A DNA stretch of 64,000 nt from the human T2T-CHM13v2.0 reference genome, Homo sapiens, in NCBI RefSeq assembly GCF_009914755.1, contig NC_060947.1. The stretch is one strand, 5' to 3'. Positions 1 to 54,266 of this stretch are shown piece by piece. The stretch's first letter is position 1. Every line of letters starts with the position of its first letter. The notes below the pieces were generated by a model. The model ran no database searches. It worked only from the letters and a program-made list of their open reading frames with translations, and was not told the origin of the DNA. Both the position numbers and the translations under genes were made by a program.

Positions 1-219
1 CTGCCTTCTGTGTTCAAGTGATTCTTCTTCTGCCTCAGCCTCTCGAGTAGCTGGGATTACAGGTGTGCGCCCCCATGTCTGGCTAGCTTTTGTATTTTTA
101 GTAGAGACGGGGTTTCACCATGTTGGCCAGCCTGGTCTCGAACTCCTGACCTCAAGTGATCTACCTGCCTCAGCCTTCCAAAGTGCTGGGATTACAGGTG
201 TGAGCCATTGCACCTGGCC
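1..219 (-). mobile_element. Alu, antisense, cut by window start
   Basis: Alu consensus blocks (ccaaagtgctgggattacagg). Confidence 0.93.
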
Positions 220-261
220 CTAATGTAACATATTCAAGAGCAAGATTGCTTTCTCTATTTA

Positions 262-480
<219 letters not shown>

Positions 481-902
481 TTAATTACTCTTATCAGTGG
501 GATTTTTTCATTCTTAGGTGTTTACATGAGAAAGCTTTTGTCTTCAAGTATATTAATTTTGTACCAGCACACCTTATGAATTCATACCGATAATAGTTTT
601 TCAGTCGATTCTCTTGTATTTCCTAGATATAGCATATGCAAATAAGTTTAATTTCCTTCAAGTAATAATTATATCTTCTATTTCATCATCTTACCTAATT
701 ACACTGGCTGGCATTTGTCACACAATCCTATAATAATAGTATTAATGGCCATTCTTAATTTTGACTTTAGAGAGAATACTTCTAATGTTTTACCTTAGGT
801 TTAATAGATGTCTTTTTGTTATAAAGTGATAACTGACATCATTCTCATATCCCAAAACACATGTTCTGACATGAACTGGTTTAAGATTGCATATACTTGA
901 GT

Positions 903-1237
903 ATTTTTTAAACAGCTTTATTGAGATAAAGCTATTATTAAATCTACCCTTTAAAATGTACATTTCAGTGGTTTTTTAGTAGATTCAGAGTTCTGTAACT
1001 ATTATCACTAATTAGAACATTTTCGTCACCCCAAAAAGAAACCCTACACCTACTGGTAATCACTCTCCTCTCCCCGCTTCCTTCATCCCCTAGCAACCAC
1101 TAATCTACCTTCTGTCTGTGTGGATTTGCTTGTTCCTGACGTTTCATATAAATGGAATCCTATAACGTGGTCTTTCGTGTCTGGCTCCTTTCACTTAGCA
1201 TATTGTTTTCAAGGTCATCCATGTTTTAGCGTGTATC
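903..1237 (-). mobile_element. L1MB-type LINE 3' end fragment
   Basis: cagctttattgagata...catataaatggaatc...ttcacttagca motif set. Confidence 0.75.
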
Positions 1238-1440
1238 CTATTTATTTAATTTGTTAACTGTTAAAATATCTATCCCAATTTGACTCAAAAGTTTGCTTTA
1301 AATCAAAAGTAGGCGTTCAGTTTCAACTTTTCAGCATCTGTTGAGAATATCAGGCGTTTTTTTTTTTGACCTATTAATTTGGGCCATTATTTGGCTCCAT
1401 CCTTGAATTCTAGAGTACCCATACTGTGCCAAGGTCTGTG

Positions 1441-1462
1441 GTGTGTGTGTGTGTGTGTGTGT
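1441..1462. repeat. (GT)11 microsatellite
   Basis: Direct read. Confidence 0.95.
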
Positions 1463-1583
1463 ACATGTACATGGATGTGCTTTTTTTTTTTTTTTTTTTA
1501 CATGACGGATCATATTTGCGGATACTTGACTTGGGATTCATAATTAACCAAGTTTGTAATTTGGTTAAATTATTTTTGTTAGG

Positions 1584-2036
<453 letters not shown>

Positions 2037-2039
2037 CCC

Positions 2040-2072
<33 letters not shown>

Positions 2073-2861
2073 TCATTACGATCGGGTTTTCTTTTATTGA
2101 GTTAATGCTGGTAATTTACATTTTCCGTCACTGTGCTAGTGTAGAATTCTAGACCATTTTCATACAAGTTGTTTTCTTTTTTTCTGTTTTTTTTTTTTCT
2201 TATTTCAAATTGTATATGTTTGTGCTTTCTCCCAGTTTCTTCCCCTCTTTTAGATTATTATCTTGTATTTTATTGTCTTCCCAACCCCCTGGAAAAAGCT
2301 TGGTTTGGAGATTTTTTTGGGGTAAAAATTAGCTGGCTCCCTAGCTTTGCTCCAGAGAATGGTCATGAAATTAATGGTTGCTGATACTCAACCTGGAGCA
2401 TGCCTGTTGTTGGTCTTTTGAGAAGCAGGCGTATTTCAAACCTGCCCCTGCATTGCCCAGCTTGTTCTTTTCTTTTATTATTTTTTTAATGATTAAAGGA
2501 TTTATTAAATTCCATGTGCAAAACACATTGCTGATTGCATTAGCAAAAGATCAATGTAAAAATACCCCACAATTCTGGAACTGTCCATTTAAAATATTTG
2601 TTCTAGTTGTTGAAAGGCCCAGTGTTATATTCTTGCCAGTGCTTAAGGTATACAGAGAATACTGTAAGTGTTAACACTGAGTTTACAGAACCTCGTAGGC
2701 CGAAAGTAATGTATTTAGGAAAAGCAATAATAGTAAGTATGCATTCATGTAGGTGAGATATAGTATGGTCAATATGGGTCAAATTACAGCGTTGGTGATC
2801 AGTGACAAGGGAGTTGGCAAGACAATTATGTTAAGAAAGATCATAGTTTAAGAATATTTAG

Positions 2862-3210
<349 letters not shown>

Positions 3211-3329
3211 TTACAACTAGTTACCAGAAAATGAAGGAAAGCACATAATTAGCTTGAATAAAGTAACATGAAAGCGAGACTGCACTAATTTAAAAAAACC
3301 CCAAATCCTAATACAGTATCAGAAAAATA

Positions 3330-3631
3330 TTTTCTTTTCTTTCTTTTTTTTTGAGACGGAGTCTCGCTCTATCACCAGGCTGGAGTGCAGTGGCATGAAT
3401 TTGGCTCACTGCAACCTTTGCCTCCTGAGTTCAAGCAGTTCCCCTGCCTCAGCCTCCTGAGTAGCTGGGACTACAGGCACGTGCCACCACGCCTGGCTAA
3501 TTTTTTGTATTGTAGTAGAGACAGGGTTTCACTATCTTGGCCAGGATGTTCTCGATCTCCTGACCTTGTGATCCGCCAGCCTCGGCCTCCCAAAGTGCTG
3601 GGATTATAGGCGTGAGCCACCACGCCCGGCC
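3330..3631 (-). mobile_element. AluS inserted in the RAC1 retrocopy
   Basis: Full dimer, antisense. Confidence 0.93.
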
Positions 3632-5639
3632 AGAAAGATTTTCTAATACAAGGAGACATATTGCTCATTGAGAAGGGGTTTGATAAGAAAACTTACTAAG
3701 TTAACAACTATGTTAATGACTAGTTCAGAGATAAATTAAATGCCCAATTTTGGGAAAGGTAGCAGGTGCAAGAAAAAGGAAATGTATAAGAAAACAGTTT
3801 CTGATACTTAAACCTTTCTTCATCATGTACTGCATTTGACAGAAATTAACCTTTTAAAAATTTTACCTAGGATGGTTTTATTTCATTTATTCCATGTACA
3901 ATGTAGTCTAAATCTCCACTTGATACCATGTCAGAATCCTGTCTTCATCCTTTGATTACATCAAGTGTTTCTCACACTGCTCGAACTAAGTCTGCAACTA
4001 AAGGTAGAATACTTCAGTAGAGGAAACGTGAATAGAATTTCTTTTCAGAATTTCAGCAAAAACTAATAAGCTATTTTAAAGTTTTTCACTATGAAATAAA
4101 AGAGTGATCCAAAGAGTTGAGTTGTTTTACTCATTCCATTATGATATATGGTAGAATGTTATGGAATGAACATGGATATTGCTAAATTATTGAATGCATT
4201 AAATGGCAGTACTTTATTAAGGAGGCTGTACTGCTTTAAATATCTGAAAACTAGTTAGAATGTGTGCATTTCCTCACATCAAGCTAAGCCTTAAAAACAA
4301 AAGCATTTAAAACTAGTGTTTGTAGCTCATTGGTACAAGTAGGTTCAGAGAGTATTGTGTCAACTCTTAATCTGAGCAGGAATAGAAGCTTTGAGAAAAT
4401 AGGCTTTAAGAAGGTTTGTCATTTTACAGCCAAGTTTTAATAGATTGTGAAAGTTTGGACTCTTAGATTTTAAACAAACAAAACCTTGAAATTACTGATT
4501 GGCTCAGCGTGGTTTTATGGAAAAACTAATACAAAAACTTGGCCTTGACTATTTGAGCAAAGCCTACAAAAGTTCCAGATGGGACAGGGCAAGGAAGGAT
4601 GGGGCTCTATTTACAACAGCAGATATTTTCTTTTCCTCTTCTTGACGTGGAGTAGGCAGGGCTATTTGAAAATAAAATATTCTTTTCTTAGAGAATGGAA
4701 CTTGAATTACAGTTATTAGATTAATATCGATTATATACATTTTCTCTTTTCCTTTTAGACTAGTTGATCTGTTAAGTGTTGATAGTTGTTGTAACCTTCC
4801 ACTACTATTGATTTTTTTTATTACTGTCTCATAGGTTCTTTTGCTTTTTTTATATTTACATATTTCCATGCTGTTTTATTTGGCACATAAAAATGCATAA
4901 TGACTTCAAATTCAACATAGACTAGAGAACACACACACTTATTTTTTCTTCCTTCTAAAATCACATAAAGAATATAAAAACAAATCCAGAGAAACAAGAA
5001 AACCTCAGTGGTATGAATCAGAATATGATGAATTTTTGGTTGAATAAAGCAATTGGAAATCAATTAATGTCAAAACCCAAGAGAGCTTAGTGAACGTGTG
5101 ACCTTATTCAGAAAGTAGAAGGGACCAGCCAAGAATTGGCATCCTGCAGTACCACCAACATCAAAAGCAGGGAGGCACTTGGAGATAGAACAAGCCATGA
5201 GTACAGCCAGATAATTAAAGCCATGGAAAGCTAAGCCATTTACCTATTAGTATAGGTGCCCGCAATGGTTTTCCTGCTGGGATAATGCCCAAAATTCAGC
5301 TCTCTGAATTGCTTGTTTGTCCATAGGAAATTCCAAAGTGAGTGCTGTATAGCAAGAAAGATAGGGGCAGTAGTTTAGGTAGCTTGTGGCTATCCTGAAG
5401 GATATTGAACCTCCAGCACCTGGAAGATGGGATACTCTTCCACCATTAAAGGAGAACCTGGCTGGTTACATGGCTCCTTTCTCGCCTATGGACTCATTCT
5501 AGATAGGACTTCTGTGATCTGAATTTAAGTTTATTGTTGGGCAAACAGGAATTATCACTTGGGCTGAAGAAGTTCACCCCAGCAGTCAGAATATAACTCT
5601 AGTCTGGACCCTCATCTACAAGTAGGAATAGACAACCAG

Positions 5640-6110
5640 GAAGAACCATGCTTTTCAGGAAAACCAGCAGTTTAAAAGAGAGGCACCAAATTCAACTAAC
5701 TGAATAATGAAACACCAGAGGAGACAGTTTATATAGGGTACAGAATGAACTTTAAATCCACAGAGAGATTTGGGAAGATATCGTGTCCACCCAAAAAAGA
5801 AAAGATTGCTATGGAAAAGAAACTATTAGAATTAAAATATGAACTTTTAAAGAAAAATTCAGTAGATGGGGTGGAGATCAAATTAGCTAGCTTAGAAGAA
5901 AGAATTCAGGGATTCTCTGAGAGTGTAGTAGAAAGACAAAATCTGAGAGAAAAGTTAAAGCAATATAGAAGCTAGATTTAGTAGCCTTTTTACATCCTGT
6001 AATAAATGCTAGTAAGAATGAACAGAGAAAATGGAGGAAAGTATAGAAACAACAAGAAACTTTCCTAAGTTCAAGAAGGGCTTAAGTCTTTTGATTGAAA
6101 GGCCCCACAT
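5640..6110 (+). mobile_element. Ancient L1 (L1M/HAL1-like) ORF1 remnant
   Basis: A-rich; ORF 5745-5975 is a K/E-rich coiled-coil (KKNSVDGVEIKLASLEERI) typical of degraded L1 ORF1. Confidence 0.6.
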
Positions 6111-8369
6111 GGTCTGCATGTGAGAAGAGAACTTGTTAGAGTGGTAGCAGTGATAATAAAGAGGAAGTGATAAGTATAAGAGTTACTGGCTTTGAGATGA
6201 ATTTAATTTAAGGGCTGATAGAGTCAGAGAAGAGAAATATGACTCCAGATTTGAAAATGAGATATCTGGAGAAATGATGGCTAACATTGAACAACATGGG
6301 GGAAAAATTAGGAAAGAAATGCAGCTTAAGAGAGAAGATATTAATTAGGCCTTAAATATAAGTTTTCACCAGTTCTGATTTCCCTCTAAGACAAATTGTT
6401 ATAGACACATTTGCCTTTGTTTGCCTTTCCTGCAGCTTAAGCATTCCTTCTACCATGTATAATAAAATTTAGTTCTCTGAGTGTGACTTAGTGAGAAGAA
6501 TTAGAGTTGAGTCATAGAATTAACAGGCAGTGAGGTTTTGGGAGACCTAAAGCAGAAAAGTGATTTTTATATGCATATTAGCTGCAAAAAGCAAAGTGAA
6601 TAAATAAGAATCCTGTTAACTTGCCCAAGAGGGAGATCACAGAAGTATCTAAGCATCAAAATATATAAAACAAATAAATTATATCTGTGATCCCTAATTT
6701 AAGATAGATAAAATGCCATTGCTATACCTGTTAACTTTTATTGCTTTATTATATATTTTATTTATAATTACCTTCTTCTAGGATGATATTGCTTTAAAGA
6801 ATGGAAGGACATTTTTGTGAATTTCCTGGGTTCTCCTAGCCCATTATTTCCCTCAAAACTATATGTTTTTCTTTTCTTTCTTTCTTTTTTTTTTTTTTTT
6901 TACTTTCTGTCCTCACAGTCTGTTCCCAAAAACTATGTTTTTCCACTGTGAATTATTTTCAGGATCATGATTCTCGTAACTGGGAAGGGAATATCTTACT
7001 GAGTTTGAGGTGTTAGTAGAGTCCCAGAAATACCTTGAGGGCGTTTGATAGTAAGACTAAATGTTAGTACTTGTTCACCCAAGTTCTGAGATTCTTGGTT
7101 CTCTGAACCATCCTGCTTATTTGTCTTTAGGTTCAACTGATCTCTGGGCTTGGTTTGTACTACAAAGGCATGGACACCGCCAGTTACATTATCACGTACC
7201 TTCTTCCACCCTTCGTTTATCATATCTGAGAACTCCTCTGAGTAGGTTCTGTTCTGAGAACAGTTTCATTCTGATTGTCAAAGGGAGTTAGTATTCTAAC
7301 TCCAGAGGGGTTACAAAGTTGAGGTATAGTCATCTCTGTTTAGAATGTTTGAATTTTTGTAATGACAAAACCGAAGGGAAAATGACCAGGCAAAACAATA
7401 GTTTGTTGAATAATTACTGCTCACTTAAGATGAGATGAGCGGGCACCCCCATGTAGGCCAGAATATCTATTAGGAAATGCACGTGATGTAAAAGGATGGG
7501 AAGAAAGCAAATCAGTCTGTTAATGGTAGCTTGGGTTAATACTGCAGAGCCTTTGAGTATTGAGGAACTGCTGAAGTGTTCAGAGCAGGGAAGTAGTATG
7601 ATCAAAGCAGTGCTTCAGGAGGGTTAATTTGCCTACAGATTGCAGAAATGCCTCAATACTTGGCACCAGCCCTTACGTGTAGTTTTAGGGTTTCTAGTCA
7701 TTTGTTGTGGGAGTGGCAGAAAGGAGCAAGGCCAGTCCAGAGGCTATTTTCATCCCCCAGGGATCAGGAAATATGAAGCTGAGTGGGAATGCTAACTAGG
7801 AATTAAAAAAAAAAAAAAAAAAGATTCTTGAGAAGTTGAGAATTGACAAGATCTGGCAATCTGACTGTGAGCAGAGAAGAAGAAAAAGGCCATAGTGGTC
7901 ATATCAGGAGAAGGCTGGGTTTTATCCGGATGAGAATATTCAACAGTCTGTTGGACATGTTAGGATGATTGTAGGAATCATTGTTGTGGAAATAGTAGTT
8001 GAAACCATGGGAATAAAGAGAAAGCAGAAGAGGAGAGGGTTGAGCACACACCTGGGCTGAGCCGCAGTAAGGGGTGAGGGGAGGGTGAGCAGCCAGCAGT
8101 TAAGAAGAGGGAAGAGAACTAGAAGTCACTTAAAGCAACAGAGGAAGGAGAGCACTTCACAAATTAGGGAGTTGATTGTTTAATAGAAATGCCAAGGAGG
8201 ATGAATGCCAAGAAAAGTTGTTCTGCAAGTTGAGAATCCGTAGAGCTGATGGGATTGGGTTTATGTAGGGAAATTTGTGCGGTGAGGGGCTTAAATACCT
8301 TAATGTATCCCCTTTATTGCCTTCTTAATTGGCTTGCTTTAATGTCATAGTGTTTCATAATGCTTAGAA

Positions 8370-8702
<333 letters not shown>

Positions 8703-8806
8703 TAAAAGGGGGAAAAGGTATTCTATAGCCAGAGGTGGTTTTGCAGGAGTGGGGCAGTAATAACTTTTTCAGAGCATGTACACTTTCTGTTTTTCATTTG
8801 CTTTAA

Positions 8807-9123
<317 letters not shown>

Positions 9124-10105
9124 ATTTACTTTTATTTGAAACAGTTTGAATAAATAACATGAAACATGCTATTTCTTAAAAATGAGTAGAATATATCTCA
9201 GAGTTGGTATGTTGAGAATTCCTTTTATGAATGTTAATTTTCTCAATTAACATTTAATGGATATTTCCATTACTATTCCATGTTAATGGATTTTTTTAAG
9301 GACTATATATGTAATTTAGTATCTGTAAGTAAGACATATATAAATAATCATAATATGACAAACCAGTACAATAAGAGAAGAATAGAGTGCTGTGGAAATT
9401 TCAGAGGGAAAAATTGTTTCCAGCTTTCTCTTTTTTTTGTGGGGAAGGAGATTTAGAGGGAAAGATCAAAGCAGAGATAATGGGGGAAAGGGGTTCCAGG
9501 TAGAAGGATCCCTGAATCAAATATGAAGTTGGGGTTTTATGGGGATGTTGAGCATTTTTGTTTGGCTGAACTTTGTGTGGGTGGGGACCATGTGTTTGTG
9601 TACATGCTGACAGTGGTAGAGGGAAGTGCTTGAAGGAAAGTTAGGGGAGATGATGATGGGAAGGTAGTTTGGGGCCAGAACTTAGAAGATGACAGGTGTT
9701 TGAATTTTATTTAGAGGGAGCAAGAAGCCATTAAACATTTTTGAACAGAGGAATGATGTCACCTAGCTTTAGAAAAATGACTTGTGTTTCTGTTAATTGA
9801 AATTTTAATAAGCATGTAGTACTTATAAAATCAGCAAAAAAAAGCGGTAAAGGTGAAAATTATTGGTTAGAGTTCTTTTTGTCAGAAGTTTTTGGCTTAA
9901 GTAGAAAAGGGAGAATTAAGGCCATTGGAATGTCTTACAAGAATTCAAGGCAGGAATATAGCTGGACCTCAGATAGGTCTAGAACCAGGAGCTAAACAGC
10001 TGTCTCCCCTCCCTGCTTACTCTATTCTGTTACTCAAGGCACTCACAGTCTAAGCCAGAGTTGCAAAATGACTTTTCTCAGCTCTTATGTTCCAGCCACC
10101 AGGAC

Positions 10106-10148
<43 letters not shown>

Positions 10149-10164
10149 CAGACAGACAGACAGA
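10106..10164. repeat. (GA)n/(GACA)n microsatellite
   Basis: Direct read. Confidence 0.92.
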
Positions 10165-10931
10165 CACTGATTCTTGCTCATGGTTTTGGATTCTCAGGGA
10201 TAGGACTTTGATTTTATTGTGCTTAAAGATGAGCTTACTGTTTACCGTTTTATAGCTAGTGCCAATCAACTGTGGCCAGGAGAATATAAATACACTATGG
10301 GAATTTACTTCTCTAGATGAGAGGGTTAGTTAAGAGAGGTTAGGCAGAATCCCAAGGGTTGTTTACTACAGTTATGCACTTTGAATTTTTATCATTGTGT
10401 AATCTACTGGTTGGAAGTTAGTAGACTAATTACATATAGAGAATATGAAAATTGTGCAAAAATTTCCCCCAGTAAGCTACAGAATGTATTTTAAGTTGAA
10501 TCTTAACACAACTGGTTACCCTTGTGGGAACATGGGGTGTTACAGACTGAGGACACAAGAGTGCTGGGGTCTTAAAAGCGTTCTATATTTTGATCAGGGT
10601 AGTGATTACAAAAGTTTATGTATGTATTAGAATTCATCAAGATGTGTGCACTTGATAGACCTAAGCAATACATTTATTGCTTCAACTTAAAAAGAAGTCC
10701 AGGCAAAGTTGACTTGTTTATCTGCCCTGCTTTGTCATATAGATGCCCATTTATCATTGTAAATCAAGTAAGTTCTATTTTACTTTAGATAAGTAAGTTT
10801 TTGATACACATTTATCTTTCACATAATTTGAGTGTCTCAGAAATGAAACTATCATGATGGCATTTAATACCTGATATGAAAAAACTAATGGCTTTGGTTT
10901 ACTTTTTTCCCTGATTTAGGAGCTGTGACTG

Positions 10932-10947
10932 ATGAGAATTAAAGGCC

Positions 10948-10955
<8 letters not shown>
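10932..10955 (+). promoter_or_regulatory. 7-codon uORF overlapping the ZFX start codon out of frame (MRIKGHG*)
   Basis: ATG AGA ATT AAA GGC CAT GGA TGA read directly. Confidence 0.7.
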
Positions 10956-49570
<38,615 letters not shown>

Positions 49571-51067
49571 CAATACTTCTACAGAACGTTTGTAGAGATA
49601 TTGGCCTTGAAGCAGAAAATTCATTTTAAAGCCAATCAGTCTCATTCACATACAATACTGTATATTGATTTATGCTGTGTACAAATAGAATTATTACTTC
49701 TAGTTGACTTTTTTTTAAATATACATTTTGCTCAGTAGTGTGTTCTGAATTCTATTCAGTTTGTTTAATAAATAGGGAAAACTGGCAACATGCTAGTTAC
49801 TTTTAATAAAGTAATCCCTGATTCTATACCGAAGTTTTATATCTTAGAATTTTATATTTATTTAAATATTTACCTTGCTTACCTTGATGGTACTCTTCTA
49901 AGACCATTAACTTAAGGTAACTTTATATTGGTAACTCTGAAAGTATTCATGTTGACTCATTTTTTTCCCCATACATTTCTCACAATAAAATTGTCAGAGA
50001 CATCTACTAATATAAATGGGAGATTTTACAGTCAGGTCTAATTATCATAACATGGAAGTCATTTACTTGTCTTGCTTAATATTTTCAGACCACTTGACAG
50101 TGAAAGTTTCCATTTGAGCTGTTGCGTCCCTGGCTTTGCTGAGTAAAGAGCAGTGGCTGGGTTCGTGTTTACTTTTCAAATATACTTCTTTTGGCTTTCT
50201 TTGGATTATTTACATCTTTTGTCAGCGTAGCAAACTTTTAGAAAACCTTATTGAAAAACTGTGCTTGCTCATGTTGTATTTTGATTATTCTGTCTGTGCG
50301 GCTTCATCTTGGAATGGTTGTGTGCTACAAATGACACTTACTGAGGACTGCATTTTGGAATCTCCTAGAGGTAACTCATGGCTTATAGGATCTTTTGCAA
50401 CTTTATGTATGTAAATGTACCCTGAATTATATATATACACATATATATCATGTACCTGTGTGTATTGCTTATTTTACATATTTATACACACAACCCCAAG
50501 TAGTAGTTGTTTAAAATCTATAATGAAAAGTATTAAATTTACAATAACATGAAAGATCCAGGGATGCATGAGAGAGCATTTTGTAAGTCATGCTCTTCAG
50601 AGAGACTACTCAGGTGAAGAATTAGAAGGAAAATAAGGACACTAGTATTTTTAAAGAGTAAAGATATTTTCTTTTAAATATCTTTGGTAATTGAAACATA
50701 GAGGTTAAGATGTTTCTAGGTAGAATGTTTTCATACAATTTCACCTCCATGTCTTTATGTTTTTCTGAAAAGCAAATGAGTATCCAGACATGACTCCCAC
50801 AGTTCTCTTTGAGAAGCCTGAGAGGGAACTCTGTCTTACCTAGTGAGGGGGATGGAAAAGAAGTGATGGCTCTGTGGACCAGAGAACGGGTGCTAATTAT
50901 GACTTCACACTCGGCAAGTTCAGGCTGATCTGTTATTTCTCAGTTACAGTTAGCAAACTTTAAAAACTTAACACTCAAGTTGGCTTTGATTAAAAGGTAA
51001 AGATGTGTTTTAAGTGGATAAGGAAAGTCTGAGGCCTTATTTGGAACATCACTAAGTCTTCCACAGG

Positions 51068-51398
51068 TTTTTTGTTTGTTTGTTTTTTTTTGTTGTTTTT
51101 TTTTTCTTAAGACGGAGTCTTGCTCTGTTGCCCAGGCTGGACTGCAGTGGTGTGATCACTGCAACCTCTGCAGCTCACTGCAACCTCTGCTTCCTGGGTT
51201 CAAGCAATTATCTGCCTCAGCCTCTCGAGTAGCTGGGATTACAGGCGCCCACCACCAAGCCCGGCTAATTTTTTGTATTTTTAATAGAGATGGGGTTTCA
51301 CCATCTTGGCCAGGCTGGTCTTGAACCCTGACCTCGTGATCCACCTGCCTCGGCCTTCCATAGTGCTGGGTTTACAGGCGTGAGCCACCGTGCCCAGA
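51068..51398 (-). mobile_element. Antisense Alu in the ZFX 3'UTR
   Basis: Dimer with internal duplication tcactgcaacctctgc. Confidence 0.93.
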
Positions 51399-53551
51399 CA
51401 CCACATAGGTCTGAATCAGTGTCATACATTCATAAAACAAACTCGGTTAATTAGAACTTGGTTATGTTAAGACGAATCTGGGAGAACAGAAAACAGTTTT
51501 TGGGGTCCCTTCAGTTGGCTATTGGTCCGTATGCATCTAGCACATTGTAGGAGATTTAGAAATTGTCTTCCCACCCGATAGCTGCCTTGTCACCTCATTA
51601 TGGTGCTCCATCCCCTGTGTGCTTAGGTTTTTACCTTTCATCTTTCTCTTTGCCATTGATGTTTGTATTCAAGAGTTATATTTTTAGGGTTAGAAATCAA
51701 AATATTTGGTGTTTGGCAAACCTCTGAAGTGCTAGACTGATTTAGTCTAGTTTTAAACCAAGTGCTTTAGGCAGGTGTGAACTCCAGCCCAAATGCCAGT
51801 CAAAGTCAAGGCATGGGTTTTCCTAGCCTATCTTACAGGAAATTCCTGTACCTTCTTGGCCCCCATAATGTGTTTTTTTTTTTTTTTTTTTTTAAAAACT
51901 AACTTACAATTTTGTGATCCGTGATTCATTGCCCTGCGATTCTTGAAAGCTCTGTCTGTTTTTTTGTGAGAACCTTTAAAATCTCCCTTAATTTTTATTT
52001 TCCCAGAAATAATGTAAAAACACTTAAATGAAAGTGGAAATGTATTAATTTTAAATCCTATAAAATTAATACAGAAAATATAAATGATTGGGTCATTTAA
52101 CTATATTTTTTTAAATAAACTGAAAGATAAAGAACACAACACTTCACACATTTTATATTTCTCTTACATACTCTGGAATCATACACAGTTCTTTTTAAAG
52201 CACAACATTAAAACCTTTAAAAGGTATTTAAGGGTTTGGTCAAGTGAATATGATAAAACATACTTGTCTGTATAAAGAGAAAATGAAATTGTAGTCACTG
52301 TTATGTACTGACATTAGTTACAACCTAGTTTTAATTCTTAAAACAATTTTGATTAGCAAAGCTAAAAAAAAATGGATGTTTCAGTTAAATGTTTTAAAGA
52401 GGTACAGATTTTTACAAGGACATAATATAAGTTATTGTTCTGTAGAAATATCCTATTAAATATTGTATGTCCCTCCCTCTGTACACTTTGTAAAGAAAGT
52501 AAAATACATAAAAAGAAAATCATATAGGGATGTGTGACATTATTGTAATTGTGTACTTGAGAATAACGTGCAAAAATAAAAATCAGAATATTTTCCTGTT
52601 ATTGAATGTTTAGTCTATTTGATACCAGTACTAAGTTAATGCTTTTTCTCAAGGAAAAAAAATGTACAGTTTTTGTAAACCTAATAAACATCAAAAGCAG
52701 TGGATTATTTTCATCCCCCCATTTCTTAATTTCTTTTTCACAGCAGTGGAATGCAAAGTGCTTGATTGCTTTGAATTTTGTGACTCGGATGCAAATACTG
52801 GTAATATTTCAGTTCTGTGAATTTGCAAGTAATATTTCAGAGAAGTTAAGAGGTGATTGGTGAGTCCTTTGATGAGCATGTCCTTGGAATTCATTTTTTC
52901 TTTTATCTTCATAAAGGATTTGTTTTATTAGCATCTCCAATTCCCCTGAGATAAATTACTCATGCATAAAGTGGTTTTTGAGAGCACTTAAAGTTCATTT
53001 CAGTATTAATTTACAGCATATTTAATCAGTGGGGACTGTTACCACCTCCACAACAGAAATCATGCCCTCGAGTTACCCCACTGCGCCCAGTTTAGAGGAC
53101 TAGTAGATGCTAACATACTAGGGAATGGTCATTGCCACAGTTAAAAATCGGCAGTTAAGTAAATGTCAGGAGTCAAAAGAGAGAGAGTTGTGCCATCTTT
53201 GATTTTATAGACAAGATTCTGCAGTTCTTCCAACTGTATGAACAAACGTTTGCCTAATAGTTGAAACAATAAATTAAAATTTTAGGTAAATGACGAAGGG
53301 AATGTGGTGAATGTCACTGTCCAGAGCCATAAATCAGACAAAACCATACATAGCATGCTGAAAAACTTTTGTAATGGAACACCCAACAAATGACACCTAA
53401 CCTGTCTGTGATCCAACAAGTCCGATAACATGCTGCTGTATTTGTATTCTCTGGGAATCTCAGTATTAATAATTTCATTTCCCACAAATTCTAGCATTCA
53501 TGTAAGGAAAAACATGGCTAATCAATATCTTAAAGGGGCAATCTTTCAGAG

Positions 53552-53738
53552 CAGTGGTTTTCAAAGTGTGGCCGGACAGCATTGGCAGCATCTTAATCTC
53601 CTGGGACTTTGTTAAAAATGCAAATTCTCAGCCCCACCCTAGTCCTACTGAATTGGGAAACTGGCGTGGGACCCAGCAGTCTTTGTTTTAACATGTTCTC
53701 CAAGTGATTCTGATGCCTGTTCAAACTTGGGAAACACT
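53552..53738. mobile_element. MER5A in the 3'UTR
   Basis: cagtggttttcaaagtgtgg...gtgattctgatgc...ttgggaaacact. Confidence 0.8.
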
Positions 53739-54040
53739 TTTAGAGCACTTGAGGAACCTAAAAGATGACTGGTTCAGCATTTTGTGTGGTAGATAAGAAA
53801 GAAATTATCACAAAAAATCAGAAATGAACAGTGAGAGAAAAATAGGACCCCAGACAGTTTATACCTTCCATTTGCTGTTTTAAAAGTGTGAGCCTGCCAA
53901 GTCAACAAGTATGCCTTTAGCGCACATGTAAATAGCCTGCACTTCCTAAATCTCGTGTGGCCTCCCATGGTTACATTCTTCAAAGGTTAACTGAGTTGAG
54001 AGGAAGATTCAGCATTTAAAAGAGAAGGGTTGAAAAAGAT

Positions 54041-54063
54041 TGTGTGTGTGTGTGTGTGTGTGT
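54041..54063. repeat. (TG)n microsatellite in the 3'UTR
   Basis: Direct read. Confidence 0.95.
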
Positions 54064-54260
54064 TTAATTGGCCCAGGGTTACTTAAATAAATCATAACCA
54101 TTTTGCCACATTCTGTAACTGTTTAGCTAAGGTCAAATTAAGTTTACCCTATGGATTTTGTTTCATCTTTTGTTTCGTGTATATACTGTTTGCCTTTTTC
54201 ATAAAAATCTTGGATTTGTTATATATTGTTCCTGTTATTTTTGACATCTTTGCTATTGTA

Positions 54261-54266
54261 AATAAA
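54261..54266 (+). terminator. Probable distal polyadenylation signal of ZFX
   Basis: TGTA immediately followed by AATAAA, preceded by a long U-rich stretch and followed by ttttgttttaag. Confidence 0.6.

Noticed and set aside
3866-4004. Minus-strand protein-like reading (…DLVRAV*ETLDVIKG*RQDSDMV…)
   Set aside because: Contains stops and is explained as RAC1 3'UTR-derived sequence, not a second coding pseudogene.
4564-4869. 101-aa minus-strand ORF overlapping the retrocopy 5' end
   Set aside because: It is in a different frame from the RAC1 C-terminus and has no recognisable domain.
5745-5975. Coiled-coil-like ORF
   Set aside because: Best explained as a degraded ancient L1 ORF1.
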